From Lingula anatina (Eukaryota; Animalia; Brachiopoda): a DNA stretch of 64,000 bases. The notes under the pieces were generated by a model. It searched no databases, had not been told where the DNA came from, and worked only from the letters and a program-made list of their open reading frames with translations. The stretch spans positions 1,116,001 to 1,180,000 of the forward strand of contig CM120647.1 in NCBI GenBank assembly GCA_051362555.1. Direction: 5' to 3'. The position numbers and the translations under genes are program-made. Positions 1 to 11,374 of this stretch are shown here, one piece after another (the first letter of the stretch is position 1; every line of letters starts with the position of its first letter).

Positions 1-3000
1 ACATGTAGATCGTAACGAGAACAAGGAGAAGACCTTTTTTTCCATTGGTGTAAGTTCTCTAGAAGAGCCGTGCGGACAAAGCAAAAAAGGCTCTGATGTT
101 CGTGCTTCAATAGATTGTTTTGCCTCGACACCCTGCTGTTAGACTGTCTGATGTCTCAATCTCAGTGATATTACTTACACAGGTATGATGCTTGTTTATC
201 AGATAAAACAAGGTCTCATAATCAAAAATTACGAAATCACTATTACTGGGTACATGTACAAGTGACTGGTGACATTTAATATAATATTATTCATGTGCTT
301 TATTCATATCAAAGTCTTGTTCCAAAATCTCCCAGATGATGCGATGAAGGTATGAAAATGAAAATTTAAAACGAGTTTTTTTTTCACAGCCGGGCCGTGT
401 ATCAGAATGGTGCCTATAGTCAGTTTTGAAGCCTAGTAAAAAGCCCACAAGACAGTGTCTCAATTGATTCTATTAAGATTTCGTTTATGTTTTGTTAAAG
501 AGAGGTGAAAGAAAGATGAAGATGCTCTGAAAGACACCAAAGTATTGGAGGTGAACAGTTTCAATATTTAACTGTTGATTGAAGAAAAAATTACTTTAAT
601 CTTAGGTGAAAGAGATATTTTCCTGAATAGGCATTTTTTACAAGTTTTTAGAACAAACGGTCTGAGTCAGGAGTCGGTTTTCTCCGGCACTTCAAAATGA
701 GCGAGAAATTGATACTTATCTCGAATGGTTTTTTAGATTGCGACAAACTTTTTTTCGCAACTTTGAAACTGGATAACCCTGTAATAAGAAGAACATGTGG
801 GACACATAAGAATAAGATCGCATTTTTTTTAGATCCTATCTCTCATCTACGTGGCAATTAATAGCTAAAATGGTCTAGGTGCAATTATCTCTTTATAGCA
901 GGCGTCATATTCGACCCGTAATACATTGCTGATTTATTGATTTATATGTACGGAATGACTTTAATTTCTTTATTACGCGTTACAGATGTAGGGTGAATAG
1001 ATGAGCCAAAATACAAGCGTTCCAAAGGTACTCAGTATGCACCTTTGGAACGCTACTCTGGAATTGTGCATATTTCTCAGGAAATACACTTTGTGTCTAG
1101 TTTTGCTTTCAATAGAACGACACAAAACATTAAGCATATACAATATAGACGTGTTAATTTAATTTTACATGTATTTTGTGGTTTGGAAAGTCATTTTTAC
1201 TAGTTAATACTTGGATGTGACTTACAATTTCTGCACTGGAAGTCATTTTTATCTTTGATCTCTCTCCCACCTCTCTCTCGAAACTTCCGTAAGCCCTATA
1301 TTTGAAGGAGATTATTCTTCTGTGTCAGGTGTCAGCTGTAATAAGACCCTGATTAAAACTTGTGCTATTTAAGTATACGTTGCCAATAAAGTAATCCTTA
1401 AATTACTGTTACTGATACAAAAGAGTCACGAAATATATGTTAAGTTTGTAGCTTTCGGCGGTTCTAAGAAGATTACCTTGAGATTTGTTTTAAGACACAG
1501 ATGTAAGATATATATTATAAGTAATGAATCTCAGCTTAAAGCAGGTAAAGTGGGTATACCTTGACAACTAATTACTAAATCACTGTTACCAAACACCAAC
1601 TATATATGAGGAAACTTCCAGTGACTATAAGAAGATTATCTTAAGATTTGTTTCAAAGACACAGATCTAAGATTTATATTAAAACATACCCTCCTCGATG
1701 GAGAACTTTGATGAACTATCAACTTGCAAACGGGGTAGGAATTGTTAGTGACATGTTTCAGTATGCGGGTGCCCTGGTTTAAAGGAGCTGATGAATGACA
1801 GAAACTCTCTCCACGGCAAGTATATTAAACGAACATATACTTCTAAGCTGACATAGAATACATTTCAGGCTCTTAAACAGAGGGGTTTTGGGTGGGGTGT
1901 CAAAAGAAACCCTCCCTTTTTGCCGGCAAAGGCTCCACTCTGGGAAAATTTTATCTAGGTACAAGAAGAATTCATGCTAAAAGGTCCACTTTTTTCAGAA
2001 AAGACCCCCCCCTTTTGAAATTGCTGGCTGCAGGTCGTATTTTTTCATTATATGTGCAATGTCTATTGAAATGCGATCTGCCAATATAACAAATTTGAAA
2101 CGTAGTAGAATGATTCACTTATCGTAGTTGAGTAAGTACTCGGTATTTCTCGCTTAATCCGCAAATTAAATGTTTCACTCGTTCAAAGTAAAATCATCGG
2201 CTAAATAAGTCAACACCTGCTCCTTACATCGTTCTAGTTATTAGGTCTACTGAACAAATATGGACGACTTAGCGAAAAGTCCATGTTTCGAACCTTTTGT
2301 CTTCTTTAACGTCTCCTAGCATGACCTTTTGGATCTTATAATACAGTATCAAACAACATATAGGTTTATGTGGGATTAACAGATGTATCGAGCTCTCAAC
2401 GTTTAGCTTTTTTTGTGGAGACACTCCCTTTACATCTTAATAGTATATATGACACGATTTAGGGCATTTAACAGCAAGAAGAAAGTGTTTCTCCTTTGGG
2501 ATGTGACTTTACTGTTGTTCTCGATGTTCTAGCTTTGGTGACGACTGTGGGAATCATGAATAATGGAAAATAATTCTGACATTTAACGTCTCTTTCATGT
2601 ATGAATAACCTCTGGACGCGAAGACTCGAATTATACGGCTACAGGAACAATGGCTGTCATTTTATTCTGATCTCAGATACTACAATATTTAAAAACAACA
2701 TGTTTCTTGCCATCTTTTTCGCCATTTGGAGTTTTTAAACATGTGTTTCACAAACGTTTTTATCTGGCTTTAGAGAAACTGATTTCATGAAACTAAAATG
2801 TGTGTGTACGTGTTTTACAGTTGATTGGCAATTACATATAAGCAAGACACCTACATGAGACGGGTGTGCAATCTTTTTTTCCGGTTCAAATCCAAATACA
2901 CAATAAATTTAATTAACTTTCCGTACATATACACTAATAAGAGTATATTTATATCTGCCTTTTTTGTTGAATGGTTCAAAAACGGTATTACAGGCCGTAT

Positions 3001-3241
3001 ACTTCGTTAGTTTTTTAATTAACCAAGCCATTTCCCAGTTGACTGGCAATCATGAAAGGTCATAGATGAATAGATCTGTGGGTTTTGGAGTTGTATTACT
3101 ACAATCAGCCTGACATCCAGGGCGATGTGTGAATCACACTTTTCTATTCCCCTCGATGTGTTTGATTATTATTTTATTGGTGAAAGGCAATATAATCCAG
3201 GGCTTCAATTCCGCACCACGCGTGTAGAGAGCATGCATGAT

Positions 3242-5112
3242 CCGCTGTGACAGTAATGGTAGTCCGCTAGGAACCGTAGTCCGTTCTCCATTACTTTGTA
3301 CAGGTGTGACAGGAATGGTAGTCTGCTAGGAACCGTAGTCCGTTCTCCATTACTTTGTACAGGTGTGACAGGAATGGTAGTCCGCTAGGAACCGTAGTCC
3401 GTTCTCCATTACTTTGTACAGGTGTGACAGGAATGGTAGTCTGCTAGGAACCGTAGTCCGTTCTCCATTACTTTGTACAGGTGTGACAGGAATGGTAGTC
3501 CGCTAGGAACTGTAGTCCGTTCTCCATTACTTTGTACAAGTGTGCCAGGAATGGTAGTCCGCTAGGAACCGTAGTCCGTTCTCCATTACTTTGTACAGGT
3601 GTGACAGGAATGGTAGTCCGCTAGGAACCGTAGTCCGTTCTCCATTACTTTGTACAGGTGTGACAGGAATGGTAGTCCGCTAGGAACTGTAGTCCGTTCT
3701 CCATTACTTTGTACAGGTGTGACAGGAATGGTAGTCCGCTAGGAACCGTAGTCCGTTCTCCATTACTTTGTACAGGTGTGACAGGAATGGTAGTCTGCTA
3801 GGAACCGTAGTCCGTTCTCCATTACTTTGTACAGGTGTGACAGGAATGGTAGTCCGCCAGAAGCGTAGTCTGTTCTCCATTACTTTGTACAGGTGTGACA
3901 GGAATGGTAGTCCGCTAGGAACTGTAGTCCGTTCTCCATTACTTTGTACAAGTGTGCCAGGAATGGTAGTCCGCTAGGAACCGTAGTCCGTTCTCCATTA
4001 CTTTGTACAGGTGTGACAGGAATGGTAGTCCGCTAGGAACCGTAGTCCGTTCTCCATTACTTTGTACAGGTGTGACAGGAATGGTAGTCCGCTAGGAACT
4101 GTAGTCCGTTCTCCATTACTTTGTACAGGTGTGACAGGAATGGTAGTCCGCTAGGAACCGTAGTCCGTTCTCCATTACTTTGTACAGGTGTGACAGGAAT
4201 GGTAGTCTGCTAGGAACCGTAGTCCGTTCTCCATTACTTTGTACAGGTGTGACAGGAATGGTAGTCTGCTAGGAACTGTAGTCCGTTATCCATTACTTTG
4301 TACAAGTGTGCCAGGAATGGTAGTCCGCTAGGAACCGTATTCCGTTCTCCATTACTTTGTACAGGTGTGACAGGAATGGTAGTCCGCTAGGAACCGTAGT
4401 CCGTTCTCCATTACTTTGTACAGGTGTGACAGGAATGGTAGTCCGCCAGAAGCGTAGTCTGTTCTCCATTACTTTGTACAGGTGTGACAGGAATGGTAGT
4501 CTGCTAGGAACTGTAGTCCGTTCTCCATTACTTTGTACAAGTGTGACAGGAATGGTAGTCCGCTAGGAACCGTATTCCGTTCTCCATTACTTTGTACAGG
4601 TGTGACAGGAATGGTAGTCCGCTAGGAACCGTAGTCCGTTCTCCATTACTTTGTACAGGTGTGACAGGAATGTTAGTCCGCTAGGAACTGTAGTCCGTTC
4701 TCCATTACTTTGTACAGGTGTGACAGGAATGGTAGTCCGCTAGGAACTGTAGTCCGTTCTCCATTACTTTGTACAGGTGTGACAGGAATGGTAGTCTGCT
4801 AGGAACCGTAGTCCGTTCTCCATTACTTTGTACAGGTGTGACAGGAATGGTAGTCCGCTAGGAACTGTAGTCCGTTCTCCATTACTTTGTACAAGTGTGA
4901 CAGGAATGGTAGTCTGCTAGGAACTGTAGTCCGTTCTCCATTACTTTGTACAGGTGTGACAGGAATGGTAGTCCGCTAGGAACCGTAGTCCGTTCTCCAT
5001 TACTTTGTACAGGTGATATATTAATATATTTTTATCCCAATATTGCGACCAACCCAAACCTGTGCTAACCATATGGGAGGCCGGACTTCCATTCCTAGGA
5101 CTACCATTCCTG
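3242..5112 (+). mobile_element. Expanded copy of a small non-autonomous inverted-repeat DNA element; its left-terminal 59 bp are amplified into the array
   Basis: Starts (C)TGTGACAG. After the array it continues ...AACCTGTGCTAACCATATGGGAGGCCGGACTTCCATTCCTAGGACTACCATTCCTG, collinear with the reverse complement of the element at 53670-53837. Confidence 0.85.
3245..5016 (+). repeat. Tandem array (minisatellite) of 30 copies of a 59-bp unit ACAGGTGTGACAGGAATGGTAGTCCGCTAGGAACCGTAGTCCGTTCTCCATTACTTTGT; two variant units are 58 bp
   Basis: Units read directly at 3300, 3359, 3418 ... 4950. Near-identical, head-to-tail, no spacers. Confidence 0.98.
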
Positions 5113-5622
5113 CCCCCTCCCCCACCTTCTGCTGAATCATTTTGGCTCAAAGACTGGATCTCTCAAATACAAAGAGTAATTTTATCTATAAATTAATTAA
5201 TTATATATTAGTTTGATTATTTGATAGTCCTTTGTAATCCATATAAGTGCATTTTATTTAGAAAGAAAACGCAGCAGGCAGGCAAGGCAACTTTTTTTGC
5301 TAAGGAAGAATATATAACTGTGTTACTTAATCATGTATGTAATTGTGCTACATATCTATCTATTTGTGTAACCGTGTATTACGTTGTCTCTGCCCATAAT
5401 TGTACAAATATCTTATTCAGGAAGGTCTATAACAATAAAGAAATCCGATATATATTGTTTGAAATGCAGGTGCTGGGTACAATTTCCCTCGTTGCTGGGA
5501 GAAAAACTTGGATTGTGGTTTGTAAAGTGAGATAGAGCTATTTATGCATTTAAGACCCCTGCGAAAACTGTCCGGGATTTATTGAACGCCCGTCTTGCTA
5601 TATGCTTCTGTTGCCCAAAGGC

Positions 5623-5664
<42 letters not shown>

Positions 5665-6574
5665 TCCACTGCAAACTGCATTGCTTTGATGGTGACGCAG
5701 GAAGACGCGGATACGGATCGAGGTTTGGTAGTCTGCATATTTTTTTTTTGATCGTGAAAACAGCGATGTCGTACGTAGTAATGACATCTGTGCTGTTGGA
5801 TTTAGTTCAGGATGTGTGGGTTTTTAAATGTCATCTTGACATTTCTGGCACGATTCTGGTTATGAAGTGCATGTGCAGATAGCAATTAGGCTAACGATGT
5901 TTTTTTCATAGTTTGTCCACATCAAAAAAAAAAAAAAAAAAAAAGGAAGAATGAGAAAAACGCAAACAAAATTTGTCCCATATACTTACCCCAATACTCC
6001 AACTAACCCTAACCTGTGCTAACCACATGGGAGCCCGGACTTCCATTCCTAGGACTACCATTCCTGCCCCCCCCCCCCCACCTTCTGTTGAATCATTTTG
6101 GCTCAAAGACTGAATCTCTCAAATACAAGTAGTAATTTCATTTATAAATTAATTATATATTAATTTAATTATTCAATAGACTTTTGTTATCCACATAAAT
6201 GCATTTTGTTTAGAAAGAAAACGCAGCCGGCAGTAAGGCACTTTTTTGCTAGTGGAGAATATATAACTGTGTTACTTAATTATGCATGTAATTGTGCTAC
6301 ATATCTATCTATTTGTATAACGGTGTATTACGTTGTATCTGCCCATAATTGTACAAATATCTTATTCAGGAAGGTCTATAACAATAAAGAAATCCGATAT
6401 ACTATATTGTTTGAAATGCAGGTACTGGGTACAATTTCCCTCGTTGCTGGGAGAAAAACTTGTATTGTGGTTTGTGAAGTGAGATAGATCTATTTATGCA
6501 TTTAAGACCCCTGCGAAAACTGTCCGGGATTTATTGAACGCCCGTCTTGCTATATGCTCCTGCTGCCCAAAGAC

Positions 6575-6617
<43 letters not shown>

Positions 6618-6933
6618 AAGAGAATCCACTGCAAACTGCATTGCTTTGATGGTGACGCAGGAAGACACGGATACGGATCGATGTTTGGTAATCTGCATTT
6701 TTTTTTGATCGTGAAAACAGCGATGTTGTACGTAGTAATGACATCTTTGCTGTTGGATTTAGTTCAGGATGTATGGGTTTTTAAATGTCATCTTGACATT
6801 TCTGGCATGATTCTGGTTCACAAGTGCATGTTCAGATAGCAATTAGGCTAACGATGTTTTTTTTCCATAGTTTGTCCACATCAAAAAAAAAAAAAAAAAA
6901 AAAAAGGAAGAATGAGAAAAACGCAAACAAAAT
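5035..6933 (+). repeat. Tandem duplication of a ~955-bp unit (about 5035-5972 and 5973-6933) comprising the right half of the element, unique-looking flank, (AG)n and a poly-A tract
   Basis: Both copies share long near-identical stretches and end in AAAAGGAAGAATGAGAAAAACGCAAACAAAAT (5972, 6933). ORF-track translations 5221/6206 and 5595/6534 are near duplicates. Confidence 0.95.
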
Positions 6934-9900
6934 GGGATCGTCACTGGCTTAACTTCATTGGGTACATGTAGGTGGTTTCGCAAAGCATCCTCCTTCTCAT
7001 AATGATTTTCTCCCAATGTCTTTGTTACATGTATAAAGAAAAAGTCATTTTTAAAGACACTGTGATGAAATTCTCTTGACTACGCCCGTCCATGATCATG
7101 AGTTACAAATCTGAAATATATTATTAAGTCATGTTTTCCCATATTTATATATACATGAAAAGAAACAAACAAAAAGGCCATCTTTTCTGTACTTTCACAC
7201 ACAAAATGAATGATTTTCAGCTTGTAGAATTAAATGTACCAAAGAAAATTTGTTTGTAAGCTTAGTGTTTGGCACATAGAAGTAAGAAGTGTTCTCAGAA
7301 AACCAGGGCCTTGATCTCCGAGTTACGCAGAAGGAAGGATTAAAGAAATCTGGTTTGATGAAATGACAAAGATAAAGACTGTTATTTTTAGCCATTACGC
7401 TTGCTCTGGTCTTAATTCTCGGTATTAGATCTGCTGATAAATTACCATCATCGTCGTCCTTGACAGAAAACTGAACCAGCAGTAATGAATAAATGCGGAT
7501 GGGTGGCCGCGGATTTATGAAAATTGGACGAGCAGTTGCAGACAAATTTGATGATATCCAGGTAAGACATTTTATCTGATTGTGGAACGCGGTGCCCGCA
7601 AACCTGGGACATTCTTGGACAGAATCAATTTCCGAGAGAATTCACAGTGATGAAAAGCAGAGTGGCAGACGACATTTTACACAGCGTTAATTAATAACAG
7701 CAGCTTGGACGTGTTATGGCAGATGCTGATGTAAATGGTCTGGTAATGAAACGAACAGTGTCTTAATATGTTTTTGTATGGTTCGACCCAAATGAGTAGC
7801 TTGATTTGGACAAAGTAAGACGTCAGTTATTGCAGACAAGAGACCTTGTCGTAAATCAAACGTTAGATTAGGCATTGGTTAATTATCCAGTAAATAGCGT
7901 CACATTTCTGTGAACTTTGTAGGGAATTCAGGCACAGATAATTCTTAGGTTTGTGTTAAAATGGGGGTTGATAGTTTGGTTCAGTTTTTATAATGATTTG
8001 TGCTGGGTCTCTTTCATGTGGTAGTAGACAGTCGTCGAACAACGTTCATGACTTAACGCACTTGCGAACGCTTTTTCTGGTAACCGATCTGACCAATCCT
8101 ATAGAGCCATGTACATGCATATGAAACAACTTCAGTGTAGCTAAATGTTTTGTATTGTAGCCTACATACGTTATTATTCTTATACAGTTATATGCATATG
8201 TACCATACATATTTGCCAGTTCATGGTCATGCATAATATGCAAAAATATTCATATAAAAAGCAGATTGGAAGGTAGTGATGAATTCACTCGTTTCTTATT
8301 TCTGGTTTAAGCAAACGCAGTCAACACGGTGCGGGTAATATTCAAGGCCATATAGTTGCCTTGAGGAGCATGTTGTACGCTGACGTGTTAAATAAGAATT
8401 GTGTGTTTGCCATATCCGCTTGTGGAAAACACACAGACAAAATATAAAGTTGCGTCTCCTTGGAGAGTTCATGACGTCTTACATGTACCAGAGGCTGAAT
8501 AAAGGCAATCAACAGCTTTTCAACGCAGACTGAAGCAGGGTGGCCATTATATATTTGACGAGATGGTAAGAGTAGATGGTTTTGTCGCCTTATCCCGGGG
8601 AGATGTCCACGAGTTTAGGTTTGTGTATAGTGAAGGTGGTAGTTGTGGGTATAGCGTCGTTTGTTTGTTTGTTAGCTTTTTTTTTCTTTGATGCAGCGCG
8701 TGTTGCGCGTGCTGCGCGTGCAGAAAGCGCTGCCTCTCCATTCTCCCACGTCACTCAGGCGGGCAATTCAGCAAACAGGCTGAACGAAAGGAACAAGTGT
8801 CGAGGAAAACGTACGAGAAACCCATTAATATCAGAATGGTGAACTAGGGCGGGGCATTGGACGACGGCGCCAAGGAAGAACCGACAGTCCCGGAGGAGAG
8901 GGGGACTGTATGCATGACAGAAAAGGTGATGGATCACAAAAATTGCTACAAGCAAAACAGCACCCTAACTTGAACAAATGGTAAAAACCATTCTTTTTTT
9001 TAATTCCCTGAAGAAGGCCTAGGAGCCGAAAACTTGGATTAGGTATTACATCTTTATAGTAAATCTTCATATATGCATCTTTTTAATAACTTATAATAAC
9101 TTATTTATTTCTTAAAGATCTACAGTGTACACGGTGATTGAAATGCATCTCGATATAAAGGGAAAAATGACTAACAAAGGTTTATGCAGTTTTTAAGAGA
9201 TTTTTCTGAGAACCATTGCAGTGTTTTCATTATAACTGTTAGTGTTTTCGCATCGTAGTATATGTCAAGGAAGCAGTTTTATAAACTGAATATCTGTTTA
9301 TGGATTCCCGTATTTTGTCAATAAACGGTAGCATTATCCAATCCATCACGCATACCCAAGTGTCTGTCTTCTTCAAGAGCAGCAAAGGAATGCAAGTCAA
9401 AAACCATTGATTATGGGAGCTGAGAGGAGAAAAAAAGAGACGCGTCGTTTCCTTTTAATCCAGATGGGAGCGAAATCATGATCTGCTTCAGTAAAGTGTC
9501 TGGCAACTTTTCACACTCGTCTGTTTCACTACGAGTTCGCCTTGATCGTTGACTAGAAGCGAGTCTAAGCCGAGGAGAACGTCAACCTAGTGTTACGCCA
9601 CTCCGACGTCAGTTAAACGTCCAGGCAACAGCAGAGGTGAGGTTCAAAGACGTAAGGACCGACCTTGACGAGTCCCTGCAAGTGTGTCACCAATATGCTG
9701 CACATACACGACTTCTACTATACGTATTTCTGATACATATTGGCGTGATTCTGTTTCCCGTATATTTATATCTCTAGATTTTGAAGCTTACCCTACGCTA
9801 CCTTAGGAGCCGAACTTTGCACTACTTGTATGTGTAGATCACCTGTCAGGAATAACCGCACGCGTCGTTTTTTATCCCCGCCAGCTAGGGGGATATTTTA

Positions 9901-10256
9901 GACGCTGTATAGAAGTGATGAAAAACGCACTTAGTGAGACTGTTCAATGAACTGCAAGTTAAGCATCGGGTTTATTTGACTTATGCACAACTCTTATTAT
10001 ATCTGATCCACGTGTAAAGAACATGGCAGGTGCGTTGTGACGGGCAGCTTGAAAGAGAAAAGGATAGATATACTGCATTTCAGCGTTTTTCAGGTCAGGT
10101 ATTTACTTTAATAGTCTATAAAGATTTTTAATTGGTGCATTTGCATTGCAAGAAGAGATATGTTGCTAATGAGTTGTGTGCTTCACAGTGTTGACTAAGA
10201 ATATAACTATTAATATGTTTGCAATCATTTATAATTATTAATAAGAGAATTAGCTG

Positions 10257-10257
<1 letters not shown>

Positions 10258-10318
<61 letters not shown>
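10258..10318. repeat. (TA)n microsatellite
   Basis: Direct reading. Confidence 0.95.
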
Positions 10319-10321
<3 letters not shown>

Positions 10322-10984
10322 TTGCATTTATTGATACAATATAACGCTCATGCGTGTTTGGTGTACATATAAGTATTTAGTACATTACCAGTGGTGGTTA
10401 AAACATGTATTTTGGGTCGGAGGCCTTGTATTACAGAATAAACATTTCAACGATTACAACAATGTTTTTCTGTTTTAGTTTTCTAGGTACTTATACAGCC
10501 ACAAATATTCACGGTATTTTTTTCGTAAGGGAGTGAGCGTGTGTCTATATTAACCGCGCGCATTTTTGTTACATTGCCAGCTTTCGAAGCATTTGCCTGC
10601 AAGTCGACTACCTTAGAATTAGACAGCATGCTTTTTTCTGTTTCACCTGTGCCAGGATAAGTGTTGGCTTTCAGGGCTTGGTGTTGACCTGCCGCGGTTC
10701 ATTTGAAAACTTGTATAACGGTGAAGAGTTGACTCCATTAAAAGTTACTTTCCACATTGCAACGTTCAGTTAAGATAACCTGTATAGCTAGCTAGCCAAG
10801 CTGGCTTTTTTTTCAGAATAACCTACTGAACACCTTCAGCTCTTCAGTTGCGAGATCATCTATTCAGCAAGCGCGTGTTTCTCTTTACAAGTCAGTTATT
10901 GGCGTCGTGAAAAACACGCAGTGCAACCAGAGAGCTCGAATTCAGTGTTCCTTTGCACTATTAAGCTAAAAGTATATTATATAT

Positions 10985-11000
10985 ATTTTTTGTGTTTCAG
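10985..11000 (+). promoter_or_regulatory. Probable 3' splice acceptor opening the coding exon of GPCR-1 (about 374 nt of 5'UTR in that exon)
   Basis: TTTTTTGTGTTTCAG| followed by a shift to more GC-balanced sequence. Confidence 0.6.
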
Positions 11001-11374
11001 ATTGACAAACAGGACATGAGGTCGGTGATCATCTGGAAGCAGCAGCTGTGGAGGAACACTGCCGACACGCAATCAGACTTAAAGCCGCGTTAAGAATTAA
11101 TCAGAGGTGTGCGTCTTTCCACTGCAATAATCACCGCCTTAATCACCAGCGGTCATCGCGTAAATCAATACTTCACCTTAGAGCTCGTGTAGGGACAGTC
11201 ATCAACAGAGAGCTCACGAATTCATCACAGCAAGAACCGGAAGAACATTGTGTTAGCCGCTGTCGAGATAAGGTTTTTACAAAAAGCATCACCGAATGAC
11301 GAAAGCGTCTATGGAAAGACGATAGCGTTCAACTGGGTGGCGGAAACCCTTCACGGCGTTGCCAAAGTTTCGCC

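Noticed and set aside
1397-1682. Degenerate ~165-bp local duplication (AAGAAGATTA.CTT.AGATTTGTTT...AGACACAGAT)
   Set aside because: Real but old and short, with no further structure or evident function.
3245-5016. CRISPR array or coding repeat (ORFs 3768, 4357, 4941)
   Set aside because: No unique spacers and no cas genes, in a eukaryotic context. A 59-bp unit is not a multiple of 3, and the ORFs are by-products of the repeat.
5221-6839. Pairs of similar ~100-aa ORFs suggesting a duplicated gene
   Set aside because: They arise from the tandem DNA duplication and (AG)n tract; non-ATG starts, frameshifts between copies, no protein motifs.
7440-8990. Donor-like sites (7562, 8566, 8981) and a GCGCGTG-repeat patch at ~8695 as the first exon of GPCR-1
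   Set aside because: Several equally plausible motifs; none can be chosen without transcript data.
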